DNA of 64,000 nt from Squalus acanthias (Eukaryota). Both the position numbers and the translations under genes were made by a program. The notes under the pieces are model-generated. The model made no database searches, was not told the DNA's origin, and saw only the letters and a list, made by a program, of their open reading frames with translations. The DNA lies in NCBI GenBank assembly GCA_030390025.1, contig CM059432.1, positions 57,910,001 to 57,974,000 of the forward strand. The letters are read 5' to 3'. Shown one piece after another: positions 48,806 to 62,076 of the stretch; the first letter of the stretch is position 1, and the number at the start of each line of letters is the position of its first letter.

Positions 48806-50323
48806 ATGAATTGATTTTGAGACGTAAGAGGGATTTTGAATTGACAAATCATTGCCATAAAAAAGTTTTAACCAGTTGAATGTGCCATTTGAAATACAAT
48901 GGTGACATTTTGTTGCATTTTAAGTGCCAGATCCTTTCTCAAGAGAGCATGGTTAAATGTCAAATAATGAATCTTACAAAGAGTTCTTGTTCTTAGGGCA
49001 ACTGCCTTCCCCCGATCAAACGGCCACAGGTCTGAGCAGCAGCTCAGAATGGCATATTCAGTCTTGGCAAGGTGATAACGGTGTGCTCCACCTTGGTTGA
49101 AGCAAACATTTATATAGCCCGCCTCGCCATCTCTGCAAACACATTTGTTGTCTGAACTTGAAGAGCCGTTAGGAACAATTGCGGCAATGTTTGGAGACTG
49201 GACCGCAGCATGTTTTTAGTTGAATGGCGCACAGAATAGTGCATAAATAAGGCTTTGGGGTACAGTGGCAGAGGGGGTAAAAACTGGGAATAAGGAAGAA
49301 ATATAAATATTTGAAATATTCCAACTTGCTTTTCTTTACCTAATCTAGTCCATTCAAATCTATGCAATAAAATAATTTATCACAGATTGGGGTCATTTTC
49401 AACTTCACCGCTTGGGTGGTAACCTGACGGAGCATATTGTTCGCTCAATATAGAACCTGTCCGATTTTCACTTCCAGTAATTTTAACTTGTATTTATGTA
49501 GCACCTTGTACATGGAAAAAGGCCATCGGGCTTCATAGAGGAGAAAAACGGACAATGAATCTTTGAGTGTTGGGGAGGTAACTGAAATCAGGGGAGAGGT
49601 AGCGAGACAGAACCATTTAGGCAGGGAGTTACAGAAAGTAAGGTGAAGACGGCTGAATACTCTGCCACCATTACAAAAGAAAAATACTGCGGATGCTGGA
49701 AATCTGAAATAAAACCTGGAAATACTCAGCAGGTCAGGCAGCTCTGCCACCATTGGTGGGGTGGGAAGATGCACGGAAGGCAAGAGGGCGGTTTACATAT
49801 GTGGCTTGGCAAATTCATTTGAATTAACAATAAGTTCTGTCTATTTGATTGACACATGGTTTAGAACACCCCTTTGTGAACAGGAGCAGCTGCACTGAGC
49901 CTCACACTGAATCCAGCTGTGAGGGGTGGTGCCTTGTTGCTGCCATTCAAAGCTCAACTAGAGCATCTGATCCTCAAAACTACGACGTTTTTTGTTGTTC
50001 CTTATACTTTCAATGTTATTTCATGCCAGTTCTGAAACAATGATTGGCTCTCAAAGCCAAGAGCCCTGGTCGTGTGGTATGAGTAAAATCTGTGCTGGGA
50101 TCACTGATTGTGCGGACAGGCTCAGGTTAGGAGTATAGAAGGATGGCTGATTTTGTGAAGCCAGTGGCTCCTACTGATTTTAATAGGCTCCCTGCAAGTA
50201 AAATTGCAGCTACATGCAAAAGTATTGCATGAAAGAAAGAAGTAACTAAACGTCTTGCAATGCAAAACATCGGCTTTCCATAGCAATAAGAATTAATGCA
50301 CAAAGTAAAAGGCAGAACAAACT

Positions 50324-50504
50324 GGCCTAGAAATTGACCTCGGGCGGTATTGGATCGGCCACCTGTTATACGCAGCACCAGATATTCAGTTCTATTGCAG
50401 TCCCTGGATCAGATGCTGCGTATAACAGGCGGCCAATCCAATACCAACTGTTATACACCACCACCCGCCCTCCCCCCCCTCCCCCCCAGACCAATTTCTA
50501 CCCA
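50324..50504. mobile_element. 181-bp fold-back MITE
   Basis: TIR ggcctagaaattg / caatttctaccca; ACT TSD; internal ~38-bp inverted repeat. Confidence 0.8.
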
Positions 50505-50669
50505 ACTAAGTTTTAATAAATCAAACTTTGTAACCAATGTTCAAAACTGCTATACAATTTTAAAAAACAGATTTCTATAAGCCAGGATAGCAAAATATGA
50601 AAGCTTGCCATTTTTGTTTACACCTCCAGTGAAGCTTCACAAAATTGTGAAGAAATTAATATTAAATAA

Positions 50670-51128
50670 GAAAGAATTTGCAATTCTGTAGTGCTTTTCA
50701 TGAGCTCAGGATTTTCCAAAGTGCTTTACAGTCAATGAAGCTGACACCTTTGAAGTATCGTTATTGTTGTAATGTAGAGAAATGTGGCAGCCAACTTGCA
50801 CACAGCAAGGTCACACCAAAAACAATGAGATCAATGACCAGAGAATCTGTTTTTTAATGACGTTGATTGAGGGATAAATATTGGCTAGGATATCAGGAGA
50901 ACTCCCCTGCTCTTCTTCGAATAGTACCATGGGATCTTTTACGTCAACCTGAGAGGGCAGATGGGGACTCGGTTTAACATCGCATCCAAAAGGCACCACC
51001 TCCGGCAGTGCAGCACTCCCTCAGTATTGCACTGAAATGTTAACCTAGTTTATATGTTCTGGAGTGGGGCTTGAACCCGATCTTCTAACTTCGAAGCAAA
51101 AGCACTTCCACTGAGCCAAGACTGACAC
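50670..51128 (-). mobile_element. Deu-type tRNA SINE
   Basis: Aligns along its length with 4700-5150. Confidence 0.8.
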
Positions 51129-51594
51129 TTTTTAATAGATCTACCACAAGTATATCTAAATGAGAAGGTGAACAAAATAGATGTTTTATCGATTCAATAT
51201 GTTTGTGTAATAAAAATGTATCTCAATGTTTCTTGCATAATTTAACAAGGGGAATTGTCACTAAATCCACCACTGGCGTGCTCCGGCTGGAAAACGCAAA
51301 CTGAACGAACAAGGTTTTTTCAGGATGTTATTGTTGACTGCACATTTAACCAGTACGTCATACCATTTATAATATTACCACAATAATGAATCAAAATATT
51401 CAATTAATGTTTAGTCTGTTGAAAACCTAAAATCCATTTAAATCCCTGGTAAAATTCCATATTTAGTATGTTTAATCATTTCAGTAATAATCATTAGTAA
51501 ACACAACTTTACATAAGTGCATTATGTAAGATTACTGCCTTAAAGCTACATTTTAATGAGCTGAGGCACACTTGTATAACTGTAATGAAAATAC

Positions 51595-51722
51595 CTTATA
51601 GTCTTGATCATGTTAAGACCCATTTCAACACAGCAGTGTGCATGGTCGTGACGTGGCTCAGGGAGTCCAGATACACAGTAATAGCAATCTCCCAGGATCT
51701 TAATTCTAAGACAGTGATGTTC
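51595..51722 (-). CDS. ADCY8: Adenylate cyclase 8, internal exon (human exon 5 equivalent; C1a catalytic domain)
   Basis: ttttag|GAA...ATA AG|gtattt; 128 nt; encodes [42 protein letters not shown](R), including the adenylate cyclase KILGDCYYC motif. Confidence 0.97.
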
Positions 51723-52754
51723 CTAAAAAGTTATAAAAAATGCATTACTTTAATTAATATACGGTACTACAGAATTGTGTCAGGTGGAACTTTTTGCATG
51801 CACAGTATAACAAGAAAAATTCATTGTCTTACAGTACACTTGTCAAAGCTGCTATTTGCTATACATTTACAGCGAAGAGAGTATTGTTGCACATTTTCAT
51901 ACTTTCGCATTTATAGAACATTCTGAAAATTATATTTGAGGAAAAAACCAGAAAACAGTCATTTCTCTTCAGTGATTACATATATCAGGAGATTAGGGGT
52001 CCGGGAAAAGCACTCCAGGCACTTGAAAAAGGCAATCTCAAGCATCCTTGAAATATTACACCTTATCTAGAATTACTGGGCTACATATGAAGCCTTGAAA
52101 TATGTATTTAAATTCAAATTTAAGTAAGTAAAGTGTTTCCTTTTGCTAAACACTGTGACACAATGCCACGTCGCATAATAATGTATCGTTCTGCCTAGAA
52201 AATAAAATTTCATGAATCGCGGGTAATATGCAATATAAACGATTCTTTAAGCTAATAGTTGAGTTCTGAGGGCTACGACCTATTCTAATTAGCATTACCT
52301 CTCCAGAGGTGCTATATGTCTGTGTCAATTTGATTATAAAACATAGTGGGGGTGAAATTGGTCTTCGCCAAATGGTAACGTAAAATGGGCTCAGAGCAAA
52401 TGAGCGTCAAAGGAAAAGAAAATAGTCCATCAGCTGAAAGATTTATAGATATAAACAATTGTTTGCTTATACAACATGTTAAGAGGAACTTAGGAGTAAA
52501 AAGGCACCTGGACAGCAGTGACCATAATATTATTAGAATTAATTTGATCAACCAAAGCAAGACAGCTGAAAATGTAATGCTAGTACCAGATTATTAGAGA
52601 GCTAAATTAACAAAGATTGCAAACGACTTGAGTAAAATTGATTGGGAGGTCCTAATGAAGAAACACTGAAGAGAAATTGAATACTGTTAGAACCATCCTT
52701 ACACAGAAGGAAGCAATGCAAGTCTCCAGGATTAAAAGAGAGGCCTACGGTAAA

Positions 52755-53826
52755 ACTAAAAGAACAAAATACTGCGGATGCTGGAAATCTGAAATGAAAA
52801 CAGAAAATGCTGGAAATACTCAGCAGGTCAGGCAGCAACTGTGGGGAGAGAAACAGAGTTAACGTTTCAGGTCAATGACCTTTCATCAGAACTGGAAAAA
52901 GTTGGAGGTATGTAACAGGTTTTAAGCAAGTACAGAGGCAGGGAAAGGGAGGAGGGGAGGAAAGAACAAAAGGGAAGGTCTGTGATAGGGTGGAAGGCAG
53001 GAGTGATTAAATGACAAAAGGTATGATTGTACAAAGCAAAAGGAGATGGCAATGGGACAAGTAAAGAAACAAAAGATGGGTCTAGAAGTGGTGTAAATGG
53101 GAATATCAGAATCACCAGCAACAGCTGCCGTTCGAAAAAATGGGGGCAGAGGTTATGACCTGAAATTGTTGAACTCAATGTCAAGTCTGGAAGGCTGTAA
53201 AGTGCCTAATAGAAAGTTCCTCGAGCTTACATTGAGTTTCATTGGAACAGTATAGGAAGCCGAGTATAAAGAGGTCAGAATGGGAGTGGGGCGGAGAATT
53301 AAAATGACAGGCAACCGGAAGCTCGGAGTCACGCTTACGGACTGAACGGAGGTGTTCTGCAAAGCGGTCACCCAATCTGTGTTTGGTCTCCCCAATGTAG
53401 AGGAGACTGCATCGTGAGCAGCGAATACAGTATACTAAATTGAAAGAAGTACAAGTAAATTGTTGTTTCACCTGGAAGGAGTGTTTGGAGCCCTGGACGG
53501 TGGGAAGGGAAGAGGTAAAAGGGCAGGTGTTGCATCTCCTGCACTTGCAAGGGAAGGTGCCATGGGAAGGGGAGTGGATGTTCGGGGTGATTGAGGAGTG
53601 GACCAGGGTGTCGCGGAGGGAATGGTCCCTTCGGAATACTGAAAGGGGAGGGGAAGATGTGTTTGGTGGTGGGATCACGCTGGAGGTAGCGGAAATGACT
53701 GAGGATGATCCGTTGAATGTGGAGGCTGGTGAGGTGAAAGGTGAGGAAAAGGGGAACCCTATCGTGGTTATGGGAGGGAGGGCAAGGGGGTGAGAGCAAT
53801 GTGCGGGAAATGGAACGGACACGGTC
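52755..53826 (-). mobile_element. Penelope-like element 3' portion (GIY-YIG endonuclease plus terminal region)
   Basis: Minus-strand ORFs: DRVPL.LTFH, C..RRCNTC, NLVYCIRC..C.LLYIGETK.RLGDRFAEH, VACHFN; frameshifted. Confidence 0.9.
52857..52893 (-). ncRNA. Minimal hammerhead ribozyme-like motif in Penelope-like terminal region
   Basis: agtt-CTGATGA-a-aggtca-t-tgacct-GAAA-cgtt-aact: conserved core boxes, stem II, palindromic ACGT stem III, 4-bp stem I. Confidence 0.6.
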
Positions 53827-54445
53827 CATTAAAATTAAATTGGCTAACTGGTTATGTCCAAAGATGAATTATAGGTTTAAAGAAAATAACTCTCAGGGGA
53901 ACAGGAATAGGTATCAAACTCAGCTGGGGGCAACGGAAGTTGCTATCAGAGCAGCCAGAAGGACATTGGCGAAGAGGATCCTGTAGAGGTGTGCTAGTAA
54001 TAGCAAGGTCTTTTTCAATTATGTTAGCCAGAGAGCCATTAAGGACTGTATAGGGCCATTGAAGGATTTCACAGGGCAAATTCAGGTAGACTCCCAGGTT
54101 TTGGCAGAGATTTAACATGGTTACTTTGCATCAGTCTTTATTATTGAAGATAATGCTGGATTGTCAATAATATAGAATAGGGTTGATGTAACTGAATGTA
54201 TTAAAGTAGATGTGGATGTAGTCCTGGCTAGAATTAGCTTTTCCAAAATAGATTGGACTGCTGGCTCTGATAGCATTTACTCAAAGGTGCTCAAAGAAGT
54301 GGGAGCTGTGCTTTGTGAGACCCTTGCTCATATATTTAATATCTCACTGGGATCTGGGATTATTCCCATGCACTGGAAAGAGGTCCACATGTGCCATTGT
54401 TTCAAAAGAGCAATAAGTCAGAACCAAGAAATTTTGGCTCATTAG

Positions 54446-55255
54446 TGAAGGAGTGTATGTATAACTTGTACCGTTTTCTGGAGGTGCTGGAAGTGAAGAA
54501 ACCGTACACAATCAGTATTTGTAATAAGGATGTGGACTCCATTTAAATGTATGGTTTACTTGACCAAAGAAAACTACCCAGTAAGCCTTGTGCATAGGCA
54601 GTGGAAACTATTGCAGCTAACAAAAAGAAAAGCTTGTCCTTGGAGGCTTTAGCTGTTGATTAGATCTTATGCTCCTCTTTGTGATAAGTGCTTAGGAACC
54701 ACAAAGGCCTATTCAATTCATAGATTCTTCGATAAGAAAGCTATGGAACTCCAAAGTGTCCTTGATTATGTCTCTTATATTTAATCACTGCTATTGATTG
54801 AGTTTGCTAACACTGAATCCTATGGGTATGTGTTGAAAGAAGATATGATTGTATTTGAAACCTTGAGACAAGAGCGGAACATCATGTTGAGACTTAGTCA
54901 AAACTCTAATTGCCGAGACGGCCGTTACGGCATGACGCACTAAGAGTGGACGAACAGGAAAAACATCATGTAAAGGACAGATAGATATCAGCCCGATCAT
55001 ATGACTGACCCAGGGGATATAAAGGACTGTGAGACTAAGCAGCTGTACTGCAGCCGGGTGGGTTGATTCCCCACACAAAGATCTACAAGAGCTCAACCGA
55101 ACTAATCAATCGTTTGGACTTGTACCAAGGGAGTGTATGTATTGTTTGCTTACTGTTGACTAATCAAGTAAAATGTTGAACTAAGACTACCTGTTGTTGT
55201 GTCTTTCCTACGGGTCAACCCTTAAGCTTCTCAGTTGAAGAAGCAGAATCCTACA
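54446..55255 (+). mobile_element. Solo LTR (810 bp)
   Basis: Starts TGAAGGA and ends TCCTACA; 4-bp TSD ttag on both sides; TATA-like gatataaag at ~55016; AGTAAA at ~55167. Confidence 0.85.
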
Positions 55256-55324
55256 TTAGTTTGGCTTTGTTTAGAGGCAGGTTGCTAGAGGGATTGCTAA
55301 AGTTGCTAGAAATACACTGTATCC

Positions 55325-55572
55325 TTCCCAGATGCCGAACACCTCGAGTCTCTTCGCTGGGAGCAAGCGGAAGCCAAGCGCAAACAGTGGAAGGAGCGCA
55401 CGTCAACCCAAGCACCCCACCCACCCGCCCCTTCAACCACCGTCCAACCCACCTGTGACAGAGACTGTAGGTCCCGCATTGGACTCATCAGTCACCTGAG
55501 AACTAATTTTTAGTGTGGAAGCAAGTCATCTTCGGTTCTGAGGGACTGCCTAAGAAGAAGATGAAGAAGAAG
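55325..55572 (+). mobile_element. RTE-clade LINE 3' end
   Basis: TCDRDCRSRIGLISHLRT C2H2-like end, short UTR, (AAG)n tail; possible gtatc duplication. Confidence 0.75.
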
Positions 55573-55769
55573 AGTATCTCTTGACAGAGAAGGGCTTATT
55601 AGAGAGTCTCAACATGGCTTCTGGAAAAGAAGGTCCTGTCTCACCAACCTGATTGAATTTTTTGAGGAAGTCACAAAGCTGGTGGATGTTGTAAATCTAG
55701 ACATTGTGTACCTAGACTTTCAAAAAGCCTTTGACTAATTGCCGCACAAAACGCTATTAAGTAAATTGA

Positions 55770-57000
55770 TTGAATTTTTTGAGGAGGTAACAAGGAGGGT
55801 TGATGAGGGTAGTGTGTTTGATGTAGTCTAGGTGGATTTTAGCAAGGTTTTTGACAAGGTCCCACATGACAGACTGGTCAGAAAAGTAAAAGCCCATGGG
55901 ATCCAAGGGACTGTTGCAAGTTGGATCCAAACTTGGCTCAGTGGCAGGAGCAAAGGGTAATGGTCGACTGGTGTTTTTGTGACTGGAAGGCTGTTTCCAG
56001 TGGGGTTCCGCAGGGCTCAGTACTAGGTCCCTTGCTTTTTGTGGTATATATCAATAATTTAGACTTCAATGTAGGGGGCATGATTAAGAAGTTTGCAGAT
56101 GATACAAAAATTGACCGTCTGGTTGATAAGTGAGGAAGAAAGCTGTAGACTGCAGGAAGATATCAATGGACTGGTCAGGTGGGAAGAAAAGTGGCAAATG
56201 GAATTCAATCTGGAGAAGTGTGAGGTAATGCATTTGGGGAGGGCTAACGAGGAAAGGGAATACACAATAAATGGTAGGATACTGAGAAGTGTAGAGGAAC
56301 AGAGGGACATTGCCGTGCATGTCCACAGATCCCTGAAGGTAGCAGGGCAGGTAGATAAGGTGGTTAAGAATGCATACGGGATACTTTCCTTTATTAGCTG
56401 AGGCACAGAATATAAGAGCAGGGAGGTTATGCTTGAACTGTATAAAACACCAGTTCAGCCACAGCTAGAGTACTGCGTACAGTCTGGTCACCACATTACA
56501 GGAAAGATGTGATTGCACTCAAGAGGGTACAGAGGTGATTTACAAGGATGTTGCCAGGACCGGAGAATTTTAACTATGAGGAAAGATTGGATAGACTGGG
56601 GTTGTTTTATTTGGAACAGAGAAGGCTGAGGGGAGATTTAATTGAGGTGTATAAAATTATAAAGGACCTAGATATAGTTGATAGGAAGGATCTATTTCCC
56701 TTAGAGAGAGGACAATAACCAGGGGATATAGATTTGAAGTAATTGGTAGAAGGATTAGAGGGGATTTGAGGAGAACTTTTTTTACCCAGAGGGTGGTGGG
56801 GGTCTGGAACTCACTGCCTGAAAGGGTGGTAGAGACAGAAACCCTCATCACATTTAATAGATATGCACTTGAAGTGCCGTAACCTACAGGGCTACGGACC
56901 AAGAGCTGGAAAGTGGGATTAGGCTGGATAGCTCTTTTTCAGCTGGCACAGACACGATGGGCTAAATGGCCTCCTTCTGTGCCATACATTTCTATGATTC
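55770..57000 (+). mobile_element. CR1 LINE, 5'-truncated (same family as 40291-41895)
   Basis: GVPQGSVLGP, KFADD; ttctatgattc tail; TSD taaattga. Confidence 0.9.
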
Positions 57001-57751
57001 TAAATTGAGTTCTGTGGGATTAGAAGGCAAATTTTGAGTTTGCTAAGGAACTGGTTGCATTCTGATCGATAGAAAGTAATTATTAATGGTAGTGGTTCCA
57101 TGTGGAGACCAGTGTTCAGGTCCTTGCTGTTCACCATCTTCATCAATGATCTGGTTACGGCATTGGGAGATCTATCCACAAGTTCACAGATGACAGAAAA
57201 ATATTTGTGGGTGCAAGGACCTTAGATGATGAAAATAGATTACAGCCAAATCTAGGTGCAATGGGAGAAATAGACTCATGTCTGGCAGATGACTTTTAAT
57301 GTAGATAAATGTAGTATTATGAACTTGGATAGGTGCAACGCCAAGCATATATACACCATGCATGATGGGGTGTTCAAGGCTGCTGAACAGGAGAAAGACC
57401 AGGAGTTAGGTAGCATGAGTCATTGAAGGTCCATGTCCAGTGCCACGGGGCTATTATAAATGCAAATAGGGTGTTAGGATATCTTGCCAGGACAATTAAA
57501 TACAAAACAAGAAATATCATCCTTTCTCTGTGTAAGGCCTTGGTCAGGTCACATCTAGAATACTGTGCCCAGTTTTGGTCCCCTCACATGGTGGGTGATA
57601 TAGAGGCAATGGAAAGTGTTCAGAGGAGGACCATTAGATTGATAGCTAGTTTAAGGGCCTTCAGTAACTTGAAAATAATGAAAGGTTAGAGTATTTGAGC
57701 TAGATAGGGTAGGGAGGACCAGGGGACATGCATAAGTTATGAAAGCATAGA

Positions 57752-60172
57752 AACATAGAAGATAGGAGCAGGAGTAGGCCATTCAGCCCCTTGAGCCTGT
57801 TCCGCCATTTAATGAGATCATGGCTGATCACCCAAATTCAGTACCCTGTCCCTGCTTTCTCCCCATATCCTTTGATCCCTTTAGCCTTAAGAAATATATC
57901 TAACTCCTTCTTGAATATATTTAATGAATTGGCCTCAACTGCCTTCTGTGGTAGAGAATTTCACAGGTTCACCACTCTCTGGGTGAAGAAATTCCTCCTC
58001 ATCTCAGTCCTAAATGGCTTACCCCTTATCCTTAGACTGTGACCTCTGGTTCTGGACTCCCCCGCCATCGGGAACATCCTTCGTGCATCTAGTCTGTCTA
58101 GTCCTGTTAGACTTTTATAAGTTTCAATGAGATCCCCTCTCATTCTTCTAAACTCTAGCGAATATAAACCTAATTGACCCAATCGCTCTTCATACGTCAT
58201 TCCTGCCATCCCAGGTATCAGTCTGGTGAATCTTCGCTGCACTCCCTCCATGGCAAGAACATCCTTCCTCAGATAAGGCGACCAAAACTACACACAATAC
58301 TCAAGGTGTGGTCTCACCAAGGCCCTGTACAACTGCAGCAAGACATCCTTGCTCCTGTACTCGAATCCTCTCGCTATGAAGGCCAACATACCATTTGCCT
58401 TCTTAACCGCCTGCTGCACCTGCATGCTTACCTTCAGTGACTGGTGCACAAGGACACCCAGGTCTCGTTGCACTTCACCTTTTCCCAATCTATTGCCATT
58501 CAGATAATAATCTGCCTTTCTGTTTTTGCCACCAAAGTGGATAACCTCGCATTTATCCACATTATACTGCATCTGCCATGCATCTGCCCAATCACCCAAC
58601 CTGTCCAAATCATATTGGAGTTTCTCTGCATCCTCCTCACAGCACATACGCCCACCCAGCTTTGTGTCGTCTGCAAACTTGGAGATATTACATCTAGTTC
58701 CCTCGTCTAGATCATTCATATATATTGTGAATAACTGGGGTCCTAGCACCAATCCCTGCGGTACCCCACTAGTCACTGCCTGCCACTTGGAAAAAGACCC
58801 GTTTATTCTAACTCTTTGCTTCCTGTCTGCCAACCAGTTCTCTATCCAAGTTAGTACCTTACCCCCAATCCCATGTGTTTAACTTTGCACGCTAATCTCT
58901 TATGCGGGACCTTATCGAAAGCCTTCTGAAAGTCCAAATACACCACATCCACTGGTTCTCCCTTATCTATTCTACCAGTTACATCCTCAAAAAATTCCAG
59001 TAGATTAGTCAAGCATGATTTACCTTTTGTAAATCCATGTTGACTTTGTCCGATCCTGTCACTGTTTTCCAAGTGCTCTGCTATTACATCTTTTGTAATG
59101 GACTCTAGCATTTTCCCCACTACCGATGTCAGGCTTTCCGGTCTATAATTCCCCATTTTCTCTCTACCACCTTTTTTAAATAGTGGGGTTACATTAGCTA
59201 CCCTCCAATCCATGGGAACTATTCCAGAGTCTATAGAATTTTGGAAGATGACCAGCAATGCATCTACTATTTCTAGGGCCACTTCCTTAAGTACCCTAGG
59301 ATGTAGATTATCAGGCCCTGGGGATTTATCGGCCTTCAATCCCATCAATTTCCCTAACACCATTTCCCTACAAATACTGATTTAATTCAGTTCCTCCCCT
59401 TCATTAGACCCTATGTTCCCTGACATCTCTGGGAGGTTATTTGTGTCCTCCTTTGTGAAGACAGAACCAAAGTATGTATTTAATTGGTCAGCCATTTCTT
59501 TGTTCCCCATTATAAATTCCCCTGATTCTGACTGCAAGGGACCTACGCTTGACTTCACCAATCTTTTTCTCTTCACAGATCTATAGAAGCTTTTACAGTC
59601 AGTTTTTATGTTCCCTGCAAGCTTACCCTCATACTCTATATCCCCCCTCTTAATTAATCCCTTTGTCCTCCTTTGCTGAATCCTAAACTGCTCCCAAACC
59701 TCAGGTTTGCTGCTTTTTCTGGCCAATTTATATGTCCTCTCCTTGGATCTTATGCTATCCCTAATTTCCCTTGTTAGCCATGGTTGAATCACCATTTTTG
59801 TTTTATTTTTATGCCAAACAGGGATGAACAAATTCTGTAGTTCATCCATGCGATCTTTAAATGTTTGCCATTGCCTATCCACCGTCAACCCTTTAAGTAA
59901 CGTTCCCCAATCCATCCTAGTCAACTCATGCCTCATACCATCGTAGTTTCCTTTATTTAAATTCAGGACCCTAGTCTCGGAGTCAAATACTTCACTCTCC
60001 ATCTTAATGAAGAATTCTATCGTATTGTGATCGCTCCTCCCCAAGGGGCCTCGCACAACAAGATTGCTAATTAATCCTTTCTCATTACATAATGCCCAGT
60101 CTAAGATGGCCTGATCTCTAGTTGGTTCCTCGACATATTGGTCCAGGAAACCATCCCGTATACACTCTATAG
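57752..60172 (-). mobile_element. CR1 LINE, 5'-truncated (endonuclease end plus RT)
   Basis: Minus-strand ORFs 59382-60176, 58851-59363, 58288-58833 and 57961-58251 (SDHN, KSPGPD, KFADD); catagaaa tail; gcataga duplication. Confidence 0.92.
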
Positions 60173-60917
60173 GCATAGATATAGTTTAGAGGTTCGGAGG
60201 TATTTCTTTTGGCAGTGTCATTGGCCTCTGGAATAATTTGCCAGCACGTGCAGTGAGTGCGGATTCGCTGCAAATATTTAAAAGGGAGCTGGGCGAGTTC
60301 CCAAGAGTGATTAACATGTCTACACATAGAAGGCAGGTGGGTCATTGGGGTTGTGTCACACAGTCATTGTAGTCTCCAGGAACTTGTTTGATCAGCTTCA
60401 GAGGTCAGAAACGAATTTCACAGAGATTTGTCCTGGGTTGACCTAAGGGTTTTTTCTGGGATTGTTTTTGCCTTTCCAGGAGATTGCATGGCTGTGAGGG
60501 TGGGTGTTGGGGTTGAGGGGTGGGGATGGTTTTCAGAAGTTACACCATGCCAAGATAGGACTTGTTTGGTGGACCAGCTGGTCTTTATCTATCTTTCTTT
60601 TTTGTATGTTTTTATGCAAGCTTTTGGCCATCTGCTCTAATATCTCCTTATGTGGCTCGGTGTCAAATTTTGTTTGATAATGTTCCTGTAAAGCGCCGTG
60701 GGACATTTTACTAAGTTAAAGGTGCTACATAAATGCGAGTTGTTGTTGTTGCTTGAAAATTCCCAGCAGCCTATTTTCTTTTGTAATGTATTTGCATGAA
60801 TTCCAACTGATTAATATGCACTTTGTAGTGTTTAGCTATAAATGCCAGTTGCAAATAAGTACTTAAAATTAACTTAGCTTTCATCATCTTTCAAAGCAAT
60901 TGTTAGACATTAGCCAT

Positions 60918-61818
60918 GGGGGGAAAAGTTCAGTTGGTTTGCGCCTCCCGTTAGCGCCTTAAGAGGGCGCTAATGGGGCGCAAAGCAACTAGCGCCCGGG
61001 CGCGGCGATATCTGCCCCTCTCGCGAAATTGACCAGACATTTTGCGGTGGCGCTAAACACTACTGCCATGATCTCCTGCGCCAGCAGATCGTGACGTCAG
61101 TCGAGTGCGCAACGCCTCGGTAGCGCCCCGGACCGGATATTGAGTGGCGCCCCCTGTCTTACCGCCTGCCGCTAGCAACGACAGGTTGAGGGGAGCGTTT
61201 TGCAGTCAGGAAGGGACTGGGGGAGCGCTATTTAAAGGCGAACGCTTCCTGCCTTTTTTTGTTGGTGACATTTTTGCACCACGCATTCTGAGAGAGAGAG
61301 AGAGAGACTGAGACTTCTGGAGGGATTCAACGTTGTGTGAAGGGGTTTTGGGTACTGAGCAGCACTTTGCAGGTTCATTTTGATTTGCCCTTCCTTGCAT
61401 CTATTTAGAAGAGACTGTGGGGGCTGCACTCTGAGCTCTTTCCCTGGTTCTCTCCATTGTTCTTTCCAGCAGATTTGATGTACAGGTCTCTCCAGGCCAA
61501 GATTCAAGGCTGCAATGAGCAGGATGTGGATGGAGAGCAAGATCAACCCTCCCCTTTAAGAACTGGCCGGCGCCATTGTGTCTGTGTTCCATTGCTGACT
61601 GACATCACATGAGCTTTGCCAGCACTCTGAGGTAGCGTCTCGCTCCTCGGCCTTTGCGCCTTAAGACAGGTGTGTAGCGCCTGATTTAGCGCTCCAATCA
61701 CCTCCAGGGGCGATAAAAGCCAAGTTTGCAGTCGGAGGCGATAATTAGCGCCAGGCGCTAATCTTTGCACCCGGCCGATAATTGCGCCCCAAATGGGGCG
61801 ATACTGAATTTCTCCCCC
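60918..61818. mobile_element. Non-autonomous Harbinger derivative (inverted sister of 43065-43931)
   Basis: TIR gggggaaaagttcagt / actgaatttctccccc; near-identical translated ORFs in the track on opposite strands. Confidence 0.92.
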
Positions 61819-62076
61819 TTTGTCTTTTAAGTCATCCATCTGGCTGTTTTGATTATCAGTTCAGATTATTAGAGGACTGTGACTGAAGTTATAAAGAGCC
61901 ACTTAAACAGGTCCTTCCAGATTATTAGGTGGCCATAATAAGCAGGTACACTGATACCATTTAACCCTTAAAGTACTGACATCGAAATGCTGGTATTAAT
62001 CTTGTAGCCCTCTGATTAACACTTTCCAATAACATGATATCACTTTTGAAGTAGGGGCCCCAAAAGTGGACACAAT

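Larger units (their letters stand above)
52480..60610 (+). mobile_element. Old CR1 LINE broken by five younger insertions
   Basis: Decayed motifs in order: SSDHN (52510), SLGSGIIP..WK (54340), SQHGF..SCLTNL (55600), DFQKAFD (55715), RSHLEYCAQFWSP (57545), 3' UTR (60173-60610). Confidence 0.75.
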
